DNA of 64,000 nucleotides from Bdellovibrionales bacterium (GCA_965261545.1 CBDHDF010000002.1:352001-416000); one strand, 5' to 3'; positions 11,506 to 23,269 are shown, numbered from the stretch's first letter. The notes: generated from the sequence alone by a model not told the origin. Made by a program: numbers and translations.

Positions 11506-11688
11506 AGGTATTTGGGTGTTCTTAAGGCACTGTACCTATTCAAGGGGGCCGGGAGTTTACAGAGAGAGATTTATATTTTCTCTGGTAAGAAGGAGCAATT
11601 TACCTCTTGAACTCTGCGACCCCCTTGAATGTTGCTCATGAGCAGCTTGCCTTTTTGGGTTCGTCGTTGTGTCGGAAAAGAGTTGTTC

Positions 11689-12723
11689 TCAGGATTTTGT
11701 GTTTTTGACTTTTTTACGCAGCTTTTCCACGTCTTTGGAAGTGAGTCTAGTACATAGACAAATCGCTTCTACCTCAAAGCCATTTTGAATCATTCGTAAT
11801 GCCATCTCTTCACGACCCTCTTCACGACCCTCTTCACGACCCTCTTCACGACCCTCTTCACGACCCTTTTCACGACCCTCTTCACGACCCTTTTCACGAC
11901 CCTCTTCACGACCCTTCTTAAGGCCCTTTTCCTCAGCTTCATCCAAAGAACATTGCAATGCTGACATAACTCTTTGATCCTCCTCGATACTTTCTTTTTC
12001 AATCTTACTGAGCACACTTAGCGTGAAATTTGAATCGTTTCGGTGGATATAATCCACCGCCTTTTGAATAAGGAACTTTTGATCCTTCTCACCCAAGTTT
12101 GTACCCATCTGAAACAACTCCACAATGGTCTCATGGCGAAGCTTCCAGATACTACTCATTATAAGCAAAATCGGCCTAGAAAGCAAATTCCTGCCAACTC
12201 CATGGTAAAGGTTTATATCATGGATATTCAACAACTTACAACGAAAATTGAGGATATTCTTCCCAAATTTTTGTCTTAAAACGGGAGTGAGCCCATCCAG
12301 AGAATCTTGAAAATTCAGGGGACCTCTCCAGTGTTTTTGTCGTCCGTGATAGACCAGTATGGGAATGACTGGGTAATTCCAACGATTGTAAACAAGAGTC
12401 TGGTACCTCAGAATCTGCTGGAGTACTTGAGAATCCTGATGACTTTTGTGTTCGAGCAGAAAAAAAAGACGCACTCGTTTTTTGGACCCCTTGACTTGAA
12501 CTGAGAATAAAAGGTCAATACGCCGCTCATTGCCCTCTTCATCTGTAAAGACAGTTATTTCTGGTTTGAGAGTTTTCCAGTTAAAGAGCTTAAACTCCTG
12601 TGTCGTCAAGACAAGACGGAAAATGTCTAGGCAATATCTCTCATTCAGGAAAGTTTCATTGAATAGAGCATTATGGGCCTGAGACTGTTGTTTTCTTTTT
12701 TCTGAGGTTTTCTTTGGCAACAA
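11689..12723 (-). CDS. B3: Rpn family protein, intact, with the longest REEG/REKG repeat tract
   Basis: Same motifs as B1. Confidence 0.9.
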   Translation of the reverse strand: MLPKKTSEKRKQQSQAHNALFNETFLNERYCLDIFRLVLTTQEFKLFNWKTLKPEITVFTDEEGNERRIDLLFSVQVKGSKKRVRLFFLLEHKSHQDSQVLQQILRYQTLVYNRWNYPVIPILVYHGRQKHWRGPLNFQDSLDGLTPVLRQKFGKNILNFRCKLLNIHDINLYHGVGRNLLSRPILLIMSSIWKLRHETIVELFQMGTNLGEKDQKFLIQKAVDYIHRNDSNFTLSVLSKIEKESIEEDQRVMSALQCSLDEAEEKGLKKGREEGREKGREEGREKGREEGREEGREEGREEGREEMALRMIQNGFEVEAICLCTRLTSKDVEKLRKKVKNTKS

Positions 12724-13054
12724 TGTCAGTCTTTCAAGTGAAGAGGGTTTAAGATGGGGTGGTTTAAGAAGATTATGGACAAGTGTATGAGTATGAGCAA
12801 GTGAGCGGAGTTATCTGTTCATAAATCATCAAGACAAGATAAATGGGGGTGGGTTCTCCGGTCAAGTCAGATCAAGTCAGAAAGTGGATTGGGGATGGTA
12901 CCTCTAGTGAAATTACATCCCATGATGACAGCGATATCACTCATACCTAGCCGATTCAGGAGACCATACCGTCATTATTTGGGGGGAGCTTGAGGCTTGG
13001 TATTTCAACAACAACATAGAAAAAGTGTGAGTTCTGACTGGATATAAAATTTAC

Positions 13055-13800
13055 TTGCAAGGCACTGTCGAGGCTCATGCCCTTTTACCTATATTTTTAT
13101 ATTCAGTCAGAATTCACGAAAAAGTTTCAGATTTGAATTTTTACAAGATTTATAATTCCCGTGAGGTGGATGTGATTATCAAGATCAACTCCTCTTTCGT
13201 CCATGAGATTTTCCACCCCACTCTCAATAAAGAAGCTTATGGAGCCTTTTACAGTGAGGAGTCTGTGAATACAGCGATTTACTGAGCCCTTTATACAGGA
13301 GAGCGCTCCGCTTGAAGAGTTATGGGAACGACAAGGACTATAAGAGCCAAAAGAACAGAAAGAAAAGACTGGAGGAGATTCTAAAAAAGGCGTCTTGTGA
13401 TGAGAAAACAAAGTACCGCCATTTTCCATGTGCCTTCTTGGTCAAAAAATATAAGTCGGCCCTTAAGAATATAAATAGCTCTGTGGTCCGAAAGCGTCTG
13501 CAGTCTTATTCCATTTTGAGAGATGAGGGACTGATTCCCAAGGATATCAGATTTATTCAAAAGGCCATGGAAAATTTGCCCCCCATTGAGAAGAAGAAAG
13601 CGGTTTTGCCCGTGGCCAATATGGTTGTCATGGAGCTTGTCAAAGAGGGGGAGTTTGACCTTGCCAAGACTTGGATCCACAAGCTTGAATCTGAGGGTTT
13701 TCTCACGCCCGATGAGTCCCAAGGAATCATCAAAGGACTGGAGCAGAATATCCAAAAGATTCAAGAGGTTCGGGAGATGATGGCTGCTTCGCCCGTATGA
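13055..13800 (+). pseudogene. C3: hypothetical gene, frameshift near 13277
   Basis: Copy of C1, split into two ORFs. Confidence 0.6.
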
Positions 13801-14154
13801 TAACCCTTCTTGGGGTGTAATTCATGGGGGCGCCTTGCTCCCCACCCACGCCCATGAATGTTACCTTGGGGCATTGGGGACTTCGGGGGTGGCCCATTCA
13901 ATCGAAATAGACAGAGAAAGTCATGTAGGGGGCCATACACCTTCTTGGCTGATTGGCTCATTCAGTTTTACAATCTGATCCCTTCAAAAGATACACACAC
14001 CTCCTTAGGAATTTGCGGAGATGGTGGGGGTGGTGGGTATGGGAGCGATTCTTGCATATGTGCTTGTGAGGAGATATAAGTTTTATTGAGGCCCTAAAAT
14101 GGCCGATTTTAATCCATTCACCCGTTCATTTGATCATTCGAATGAAGGCGATGA

Positions 14155-14931
14155 ATGAAGGAGGCGTCAATGCCAGATAGTGCTAAGAAAGTAGGTCCTG
14201 AAGTTGTGTGGAAGCTTATGGAGAAGGTCGCAAAATCCCAAGAAGAGACAGACCGTCATTTTAAAGAGATGTCCAAGGAGGCTGATCTCCAACGGAAGGA
14301 GACAGACCATCACTTCAAAAAGATGTCCAAGGAGGCCGATCTCCAAAGGAAGGAGACAGACCGTCATTTTAAAGAGATGTCCAAGGAGGCCGAACTTCAA
14401 AGGGAGGAAGCCAAACTTCAAAGAAAGGAGACAGATCGTTATTTGAAAGAAATATCCAAAAAGGCAGATATTCGCCATGCCCACTTGGAAAAAAGAACAA
14501 GAGAACTCAATGAATTGTTTACGGGGCAATGGGGAAAACTGATAGAAAGTCTTGTTAAAGGTGACTTGGTAAGGCTTCTCAATGAAAGAAATATCCAAGT
14601 CATGGGGCTTGCTCAGGAAAGTTTTCGCAGGCGGAATGGAGAAGAATACGAGGTTGATATCATTGCAGTCAATGGGCGGGAGGTTGTTGTTGTGGAAGTA
14701 AAAACCACTTTAAAAAATCATCACCTTGACCATTTTATAGACAAGCTTGGCATGTTTAAAGATATTTTTCCAGAGTACAAAGACAAGATAGTTTATGGAG
14801 CCATAGCTTATTTGAAGGCTGATGAAGGGTCTCATCACAGGGCTGAAAAAGAAGGTCTTTTTGTGATCCGAGCCACGGGGAATAGTGCGACCCTTACGAA
14901 TAAGAAAAAGTTTTCCCCCAAGGTGTTTTAG
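14155..14931 (+). CDS. A4: coiled-coil PD-(D/E)XK-like protein (shortest complete copy)
   Basis: Intact ORF. Confidence 0.88.
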   Translation: MKEASMPDSAKKVGPEVVWKLMEKVAKSQEETDRHFKEMSKEADLQRKETDHHFKKMSKEADLQRKETDRHFKEMSKEAELQREEAKLQRKETDRYLKEISKKADIRHAHLEKRTRELNELFTGQWGKLIESLVKGDLVRLLNERNIQVMGLAQESFRRRNGEEYEVDIIAVNGREVVVVEVKTTLKNHHLDHFIDKLGMFKDIFPEYKDKIVYGAIAYLKADEGSHHRAEKEGLFVIRATGNSATLTNKKKFSPKVF

Positions 14932-16017
14932 AGGTATTTGGGTGTTTTTAAGGCACTGTACCTATTCAAGGGGGCAGGGAGTTTACAGAGAGAGATTTAT
15001 ATTTTCTCTGGTAAGAAGGAGCAATTTACCTCTTGAACTCTGCGACCCCCATGAATGTTGCTCATGAGCAGCTTGCCTTTTTGGGTTCGTCGTTGTGTCG
15101 GAAAAGAGTTGTTCTCAGGATTTTGTGTTTTTGACTTTTTTACGCAGCTTTTCCACGTCTTTGGAAGTGAGTCTAGTACATAGACAAATCGCTTCTACCT
15201 CAAAGCCATTTTGAATCATTCGTAATGCCATCTCTTCACGACCCTCTTCACGACCCTTCTCGATACCCTTCTTAAGGCCCTTTCTCATTCCCTTTTCCTC
15301 AGCTTCATCCAAAGAACATTGCAATGCTGACATAACTCTTTGATCCTCCTCGATACTTTCTTTTTCAATCTTACTGAGTACATTTAAAGTAAAATCTGGA
15401 TCGTTTCGGTGGATATAATCCACCGCTTTTTGAATAAGGAACTTTTGATCCTTCTCATCCAAGTTTATACCCATCTGAAACAGCTCCACAATGGTCTCAT
15501 GGCGAAGCTTCCAGATACTACTCATTATAAGCAAAATCGGCCTAGAAAGCAAATTCCTGCCAACTCCATGGTAAAGGTTTATATCATGGATATTCAACAA
15601 CTTACAACGAAAATTGAGGATATTCTTCCCAAATTTTTGTCTTAAAACGGGAGTGAGTCCATCCAGAGAGTCTTGAAAATTCAGGGGACCCCTCCAGTGT
15701 TTTTGTCGTCCGTGATAGACCAGTATGGGAATGACTGGGTAATTCCAACGATTGTAAACAAGGGTCTGGTACCTCAGAATTTGTTGAAGAACTTGAGAAT
15801 CCTGATGACTTTTGTGTTCGAGCAGAAAAAAAAGACGCACTCGTTTTTTGGACCCCTTGACTTGAACTGAGAATAAAAGGTCAATACGCCGCTCATTGCC
15901 CTCTTCATCTGTAAAGACAGTTATTTCTGGTTTGAGAGTTTTCCAGTTAAAGAGCTTAAACTCCTGTGTCGTCAAGACAAGACGGAAAATGTCTAGGCAA
16001 TATCCAATGCCGTTTCC

Positions 16018-17064
16018 TTAAGCCACCACACCCCTCTGCCTCTGCGTTAAGCTATTTCTTTTAAAAGAACTCCCAGCCCTTTTGATAGACCTTTCATAGC
16101 TTCTTTTGAAGTGCCTCCTCTTCTCCATTGAAATCTTCATCAGCAACTTTATCTGCTTCCTAAATTTCTGATAGAGCCCCGCAACAAAAAGAGGGATGCT
16201 ATCCATTATGAAATCAAGAATCAGTTTAAAGTTAGGTTTTTTGTAGTCATTTTTTACCAACTGATTCACACTGTCTTCATCCTCATTTATGCTCATTTGA
16301 ATCTTTGTATAATTGAAGAGCCAAAAATAAGAATACAGCTCTTGCAATATTCCATTAAGGCTTGTTGAGTGCCACTGCTCCATTTTCATTGTCGATGTAA
16401 AATCACGAAATGTCGTTTCTATTTCCCAACGACGAGAGTAAAGAGCAACCATATCCTTCTTGTCCAAGGAGCCATGCGGAAGATTAGTGGCCAAAACAGA
16501 GAACTCCCCAGTCTTTGGGTTTTTATACTTATAGAGATGAATGACCACCCCCTCAATAACCATTTGTGAATACCAACCTGGGCCATTAAATAAATTTACG
16601 ATGGGGATAAAAGTAGAGCCTCGCTTACAACGCGCAATAAAGAAGTTACTGGCTTGAGCATGGGCCTTAATAATCTCTGTAGATAAATAAAGCCTATCGT
16701 AGAGAGTTATGCTATTACTCTCAAAACTACCTATCATTTGAATAGCATTGGCGATTTCGTTGAGAGCGGGAGAATAGCAAAGATTCTTTGTCACACCCGA
16801 TAAAACGTCATAAGCATGAGATAGATACATACGTAAGAAATGAGTTTCCATCTCATTTGGGCAAGGGTACCCACAATAACCCTCCTTTAAAAGATCTTTA
16901 GAGCGAGGAAGTGCTAATTGGTCGCCATCTATGGCATAGATATAAAAACCATGAAACGTTTTTCTCAATGGTTCGTAGTCTGTAATCAGAGATTCAAAGA
17001 TATCTTTGAAAAATAGGTAAGAAATACTTTGACGTATCTTGCTGAGACTGCTTTTGACTGGCAT
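16018..17064 (-). CDS. IS4-family transposase (frame open a further ~72 codons upstream)
   Basis: AIDG, LYDRLY and LYSRRWEIETTFR (YREK motif). Confidence 0.88.
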   Translation of the reverse strand: MPVKSSLSKIRQSISYLFFKDIFESLITDYEPLRKTFHGFYIYAIDGDQLALPRSKDLLKEGYCGYPCPNEMETHFLRMYLSHAYDVLSGVTKNLCYSPALNEIANAIQMIGSFESNSITLYDRLYLSTEIIKAHAQASNFFIARCKRGSTFIPIVNLFNGPGWYSQMVIEGVVIHLYKYKNPKTGEFSVLATNLPHGSLDKKDMVALYSRRWEIETTFRDFTSTMKMEQWHSTSLNGILQELYSYFWLFNYTKIQMSINEDEDSVNQLVKNDYKKPNFKLILDFIMDSIPLFVAGLYQKFRKQIKLLMKISMEKRRHFKRSYERSIKRAGSSFKRNSLTQRQRGVVA

Positions 17065-17317
17065 GAGAAGCAGGTCACCAAAATGAGTCCATACCGTCTT
17101 AAGAGCGATTTGGTAGCCTTCGTAATTTGTTCCTGAAATAAGATAGATAATGGTAAAAAAGAAAATTTGAGGATTAAATTTTCGATTCCTTTTTTGTTTT
17201 TCTGGATCGACAAGGTGCTCTGGCTTGAAGGAAGAATCAAGTTTTGGTAGAATAAAATGGTCATCTGTGACGCGAACTCGTCATTTGGGGGCTTTCGAGA
17301 TCAATATTGGATTGCAT

Positions 17318-17915
17318 CCTGAAATCCCTAAAAGTTGTAACTAGGTTTAATGTATTGCGTTAACTCTCTTTTCCTATGGAATTGGCTACTATCAACGGTT
17401 TGAGAGGTTTAATAGTATTAATATATTTAATATGACTCATAAAAATCTTCTTCGAAAGGTCCTTCGTTCCCATTGGATCGACAATATAAATTAGGCATAG
17501 TGGTAGCCTGCTTCTCTTCCTTGTCCCAAAAGCTTTTAACTTTATAGAGATAGGTTTTTCTTCAGTAACCCTCTCCAAAATTAGTTTCAGCTCCTATAGC
17601 CTGTTTCATGTGTTCTTGGAGAAAGATATATCGCAGATTTTTCCTCTATTTGAAACAATTTTGAGAGATATTTCTTTCATTAAGATTATTATAAGAGTAC
17701 ACAGTTTAAAATAGCTCTGCCAAGTTTCAAAACGAATCTAATGGCAAGAACTACTTGTTTTTTCCTTGGTTTTTTTGCTCAAATCTGTATGACATCGTTA
17801 ATATTGTAACTATGCTTTTGAAGAGATGAAAATCTCTTAATCAAAGTGAAGGCCTTCTCAGACAATAATCAGGACTTAAGTCCTATACCTAGTTACAACT
17901 TTTAGGGATTTCAGG
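17318..17915. mobile_element. 598-bp non-autonomous IS1634 derivative (MITE)
   Basis: 29-bp TIR CCTGAAATCCCTAAAAGTTGTAACTAGGT, the same as the ends of IS1634-b (58037-62096); TSD TTGCAT; no transposase ORF. Confidence 0.9.
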
Positions 17916-18098
17916 TTGCATGTAACTTACTCCTTGGTTGAGGGTTGGGTGTAAAATAAAACAAGTCTTATTCTTGTCGATTTATCTAATGATTTCAAGA
18001 GATTTTTCTTAAGGAAACGGCATTGAGGCAATATCTCTCATTCAGGAAAGTTTCATTGAATAGAGCATTATGGGCCTGAGACTGTTGTTTTCTTTTTT

Positions 18099-19826
18099 GG
18101 GTATATCCGAGTTTCTCAACAGAAAATGGGCCTAATTTCGACGTCGCAGAATTACCGCATTAAAAACCAAGAAAATAATTCAATTTCCATGATTTATCCC
18201 CCTCATTACTTTACCCATAAAAAACCATGGTTTAATCTCTTAATTTACTTATTGGAAAATAATACAGGAGATGCCATGGTCTTGAATAAGTTTATTATAA
18301 AGATGTTGAAATTATCATTCTTAAAAGTGACTTGGGTTAAATTTAAAAATCGAAATCAAGAACTTCACTTAGGGGTTAAACCCCATAAGAATGGCTGCCG
18401 TTGTCCTCATTGTGGACGCCGCTGTAAGATACTTAGATGCTTAGAAGAAAGAGTGTGGCGAGATATCGTCGTGTGCGGTACCCCCATTTATTTCCATTAT
18501 TCTCCGAAGGAAGTTCTGTGTCCCACTCATGGTCGTATTATGGAGAGAATTCCTTGGGCCGACCACTTCAGTCGAGTCACCTATCGTCTGGAACTAACAA
18601 TTCTGACCCTGACCAAGCAGATGACCCAAAAAGCCGTTTCAGAGCTTGTCAAGATACCCACATCCACCTTATCTGATCTTATTCATCGAATCATCCACAG
18701 GGAACGAGATGGTCACAAAATTCGTGGTTTGGAGGTCATTGGAGTCGATGAAATTTCTTATGCTAAGGGAAGGAAGTTTATTACCTTGATTTACGACATG
18801 AAGAAAGGCTGTGTCGTTTGGATTGGAAAAGGTAAGGGTAAGGAGTAAGGAGACAATAGACTCCTTTTTTACAAAGGAACTCAGCCAATATCAGCGAGAC
18901 AAAATTAGAGTGGCTTGTTGTGATATGGCTCAAGGCTACATCTCCTCTATCAAGGAGCATTGTAAGAATGCTACTCTCGTTTTGGACAAATTTCACATTA
19001 TTCAATCCCTCAACAGGGCTGTGGATGAGGTGAGAAAAGAAATTTGGAGAGATGCCTGCAAGAAGGACAGAAAGGCTATTAAGGGAACTCGCTGGTTGAT
19101 AGCCTACAGTTCATCCTCTCGTAGTAAAGCCCAAACTCGTAAAATTAACCTCATGGAGAAATCTAACAATAAAATATTCAGAGCATGGCTGCTTAAAGAT
19201 AATTTTGAGCATTTCTGGGATTATGTGAGTCCAGGTCATGCTGCGAATTTTCTGAAGGCCTGGATCACTCGTGCCTTAAGATCACGCATTGATTCTATGA
19301 AAAAGTTTGCCTTGATGCTCAGGAAGCACCAAGAAAATATTCTTTCCTTCATTAAAGATCCTGTCACAAATGCCAAGGCTGAGGGAATCAATCGCCTTCT
19401 AAAGATCATAAAAAATCGGGCTTCAGGATTTAAGAACCTACAGGGTTTTGAGAATATGATTTACTTGTGTGCTGGGGATTTGGATATTGTTGGAAGTTTC
19501 CCCAAGCGTTTTTGTACATTATAGTTTTTATTGTCGATCAACATTTCTTTTTCCAATTCACCTCCCCATACTAACTCCGCCAAGATGAGTCAGTTATCCA
19601 CAGACTCATCCATGGCGACGCTGCGGCTATGGCCCTCGGGAGCCACAATAAAGCAGCGCTGCTGTGGGTGAGTCTTGTGGATAACGGCGGCTCTCCAGAC
19701 AAGTGATTTGGTAGCCCTGTCCTCCGTGTTTTTATGTACAAATCTTAGGAATAACCTGTACATCCAGTTTTTAGCTATTTCCCTAGGGAATTTGGACTTT
19801 AGGCTCCGAGAAACTCGGATATAGCC
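18099..19826 (+). mobile_element. ISL3-family element
   Basis: TIR GG(G/C)TATATCCGAGTTTCTC; 8-bp TSD TCTTTTTT. Confidence 0.92.
18276..19524 (+). pseudogene. ISL3 transposase, frameshifted by a 7-bp duplication at 18839-18852
   Basis: CPHCG zinc finger, IGVDEISY, CCDM, LDKFH and TNAKAEGIN motifs. Confidence 0.9.
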
Positions 19827-20188
19827 TCTTTTTTCTGAGGTTTTCTTTGGCAACAATGTCAGTCTTTCAAGTGAAGAGGGTTTAAGATGGGGTGGTTTAA
19901 GAAGATTATGGACAAGTGTATGAGTATGAGCAAGTGAGCGGAGTTATCTGTTCATAAATCATCAAGACAAGATAAAAGGGGGTGGGTTCTCCGGTCAAGT
20001 CAGATCAAGTCAGAAAGTGGATTGGGGATGGTACCTCTAGTGAAATTACATCCCATGATGACAGCGATATCACTCATACCTAGCCGATTCAGGAGACCAT
20101 ACCGTCATTATTTGGGGGGGAGCTTGAGGCTTGGTATTTCAACAACAACATAGAAAAAGTGTGAGTTCTGACTGGATATAAAATTTAC

Positions 20189-20934
20189 TTGCAAGGCACT
20201 GTCGAGGCTCATGCCCTTTTACCTATATTTTTATATCCAGTCAGAACTCACGAAAAAGTTTCAGATTTGAATTTTTACAAGATTTATAATTCCCGTGAGG
20301 TGGATGTGATTATCAAGACCAACTCCTCTTTCGTCCATGAGATTTTCCACCCCACTCTCAATAAAGAAGCTTATGGAGCCTTTTACAGTGAGGAGTCTGT
20401 GAATACAGCGAATTTACTGAGCCCTTTATACAGGAGAGCGCTCCGCTTGAAGAGTTATGGGAACGACAAGGACTATAAGAGCCAAAAGAACAGAAAGAAA
20501 AGACTGGAGGAGATTTAAAAAAGGCGTCTTGTGATGAGAAAACAAAGTACCGCCATTTTCCATGTGCCTTCTTGGTCAAAAAATATAAGTCGGCCCTTAA
20601 GAATATAAATAGCTCTGTGGTCCGAAAGCGTCTGCAGTCTTATTCCATTTTGAGAGATGAGGGACTGATTCCCAAGGATATCAGCTTTATTCAAAAGGCC
20701 ATGGAAAATTTGCCCCCCATTGAGAAGAAGAAAGCGGTTTTGCCCGTGGCCAATATGGTTGTCATGGAGCTTGTCAAAGAGGGGGAGTTTGACCTTGCCA
20801 AGACTTGGATCCACAAGCTTGAATCTGAGGGTTTTCTCACGCCCGATGAGTCCCAAGGAATCATCAAAGGACTGGAGCAGAATATCCAAAAGATTCAAGA
20901 GGTTCGGGAGATGATGGCTGCTTCGCCCGTATGA
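20189..20934 (+). pseudogene. C4: hypothetical gene, frameshift near 20515
   Basis: Copy of C1, split into two ORFs. Confidence 0.6.
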
Positions 20935-21294
20935 TAACCCTTCTTGGGGTGTAATTCATGGGGGCGCCTGCTCCCCACCCACGCCCATGAATGTTACCTT
21001 GGGGCATTGGGGACTTCGGGGGTGGCCCATTCAACCGAAATAGACAGAAAAAGTCATATAGGGGGCCAGACACCTTCTTGGCTGATTGGCTCATTCAGTT
21101 TTACATTTACAATCTGATCCCTTCAAAAGATCACACCACACCTCCTTAGGAATTTGCGGAGATGGTGGGAGTGGTGGGTATGGGAGCATTTCTTGCATAT
21201 GTGCTTGTGAGGAGATATAAGTTTTATTGAGGCCCTAAAATGGCCGATTTTAATCCATTCACTGTTCATTTGATCATTCGAATGAAGGCGATGA

Positions 21295-22092
21295 ATGAAG
21301 GAGGCGTCAATGCCAGATAGTGCTAAGAAAGTAGGTCCTGAAGTTGTGTGGAAGCTTATGGAGAAGGTCGCAAAATCCCAAGAAGAGACAGACCGTCATT
21401 TTAAAGAGATGTCCAAGGAGGCTGATCTCCAACGGAAGGAGAGAGACCATCACTTCAAAAAGATGTCCAAGGAGGCCGATCTCCAAAGGAAGGAGACAGA
21501 CCGTCATTTCAAAGAGATGTCCAAGGAGGCCGAACTTCAAAGGGAGGAAGCCAAACTTCAAAGGGAGAAGGCCGACCTTGAAAGGAAGGAGACAGATCGT
21601 TATTTGAAAGAAATATCCAAAAAGGCAGATATTCGCCATGCTCACTTGGAAAAAAGAACAAGAGAACTCAACGAATTGTTTACGGGACAATGGGGAAAAC
21701 TGATAGAAAGCCTTGTTAAAGGTGACTTGGTAAGACTTCTCAATGAAAGAAATATCCAAGTGATGGGGCTTGCCCAGGAAAATTTTCGTAGGCGGAATGG
21801 AGAAGAATACGAGGTTGATATCATTGCAGTCAATGGGCGGGAGGTTGTTGTTGTGGAAGTAAAAACCACTTTAAAAAATCATCACCTTGACCATTTTATA
21901 GAAAAGCTCGGCATGTTTAAAGATATTTTTCCAGAGTACAAAGACAAGATAATTTACGGTGCCATAGCTTATTTGAAGGCCAATGAAGGGGCTCATAACA
22001 AGGCTGAAAAAAAAGGTCTTTTTGTAATCCGAGCTACCGGCAATAGTGCCACCATCACCAATCAAAAAGAATTTTCTCCGAAGGTGTTCTAA
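21295..22092 (+). CDS. A5: coiled-coil PD-(D/E)XK-like protein
   Basis: Intact ORF with type-2 C-terminus. Confidence 0.88.
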   Translation: MKEASMPDSAKKVGPEVVWKLMEKVAKSQEETDRHFKEMSKEADLQRKERDHHFKKMSKEADLQRKETDRHFKEMSKEAELQREEAKLQREKADLERKETDRYLKEISKKADIRHAHLEKRTRELNELFTGQWGKLIESLVKGDLVRLLNERNIQVMGLAQENFRRRNGEEYEVDIIAVNGREVVVVEVKTTLKNHHLDHFIEKLGMFKDIFPEYKDKIIYGAIAYLKANEGAHNKAEKKGLFVIRATGNSATITNQKEFSPKVF

Positions 22093-22441
22093 GGCAAAAA
22101 GGACTTTGATACCTCGTTAAAGAAGCTTATGGAGCCTTTTACAGTGACGAGTCTGTAGATACAGCGAGTCTACTGAGCCCTTTGTACAGGAGAGTGCTCA
22201 ACTTGAAGAGTCATGGGAACGACAAAGACTATAAAAGCCAAAAAAAAAGAAAGAAGAGGCTGGAGGAGATTCTTAAAAAGCGTCTTGTATTGGCTTTTTT
22301 GTAAACCTTGGTGTTTTTGAATGCTTTGTGGGCATAGAAGATGAGGTTAAAATGAAGATAATGGACTTATTTTTGCATGTGCCTTTGTTGTGTGATATTT
22401 GTGAAATGAAACCAATGGGTGAAGTCAAGTGAAGCCAATGA

Positions 22442-23227
22442 ATGATGGAGGTATCAATGTCAGATAGTGCTAAGAAAGTAGGTCCTGAAGTTGTGTGGAA
22501 GCTTATGGAGAAGGTAGCAAAATCCCAAGAAGAGACAAGTCTCCAACAGAAGGAGACAGACCGTCATTTCAAAGAGATGTCCAAGGAGGCTGATCTCCAA
22601 AGGAAGGAGGCCGATCTCCAAAGGAAGGAGACAGACCATCACTTCAAAAAGATGTCCAAGGAGGCCGAACTTCAAAGGGAGGAAGCCAAACTTCAAAGGG
22701 AGAAGGCCGACCTTGAAAGGAAGGAGACAGATCGTTATTTGAAAGAAATATCCAAAAAGGCAGATATTCGCCATGCTCACTTGGAAAAAAGAACAAGAGA
22801 ACTCAACGAATTGTTTACGGGGCAATGGGGAAAACTGATAGAAAGCCTTGTTAAAGGTGACTTGGTAAGGCTTCTCAATGAAAGAAATATCCAAGTGATG
22901 GGGCTTGCCCAGGAAAATTTTCGCAGGCGGAATGGAGAAGAATACGAGGTTGATATCATTGCAGTCAATGGGCGGGAGGTTGTTGTTGTGGAAGTAAAAA
23001 CCACTTTAAAAAATCAGCACCTTGACCATTTTATAGAAAAGCTCGGCATGTTTAAAGATATTTTTCCAGAGTACAAAGACAAGATAATTTACGGTGCCAT
23101 AGCTTATTTGAAGGCCAATGAAGGGGCTCATAACAAGGCTGAAAAAAAAGGTCTTTTTGTAATCCGAGCCACGGGGAATAGTGCGACCCTTACGAATAAG
23201 AAAAAGTTTTCCCCCAAGGTGTTTTAG
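22442..23227 (+). CDS. A6: coiled-coil PD-(D/E)XK-like protein (hybrid C-terminus)
   Basis: Intact ORF. Confidence 0.88.
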   Translation: MMEVSMSDSAKKVGPEVVWKLMEKVAKSQEETSLQQKETDRHFKEMSKEADLQRKEADLQRKETDHHFKKMSKEAELQREEAKLQREKADLERKETDRYLKEISKKADIRHAHLEKRTRELNELFTGQWGKLIESLVKGDLVRLLNERNIQVMGLAQENFRRRNGEEYEVDIIAVNGREVVVVEVKTTLKNQHLDHFIEKLGMFKDIFPEYKDKIIYGAIAYLKANEGAHNKAEKKGLFVIRATGNSATLTNKKKFSPKVF

Positions 23228-23269
23228 AGGTATTTGGGTGTTCTTAAGGCACTGTACCTATTCAAGGGG

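Larger units (their letters stand above)
16005..18025 (-). mobile_element. IS4-family element, copy 1 (contains an IS1634-derived MITE)
   Basis: Perfect 18-bp TIR CAATGCCGTTTCCTTAAG; 10-bp TSD AGGCAATATC. Confidence 0.93.
15115..19856 (-). pseudogene. B4: Rpn family gene interrupted near its 5' end by ISL3 and IS4; 3' part 15115-16004 open
   Basis: B sequence at 19827-19856, 18026-18098 and 15115-16004. Confidence 0.9.
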
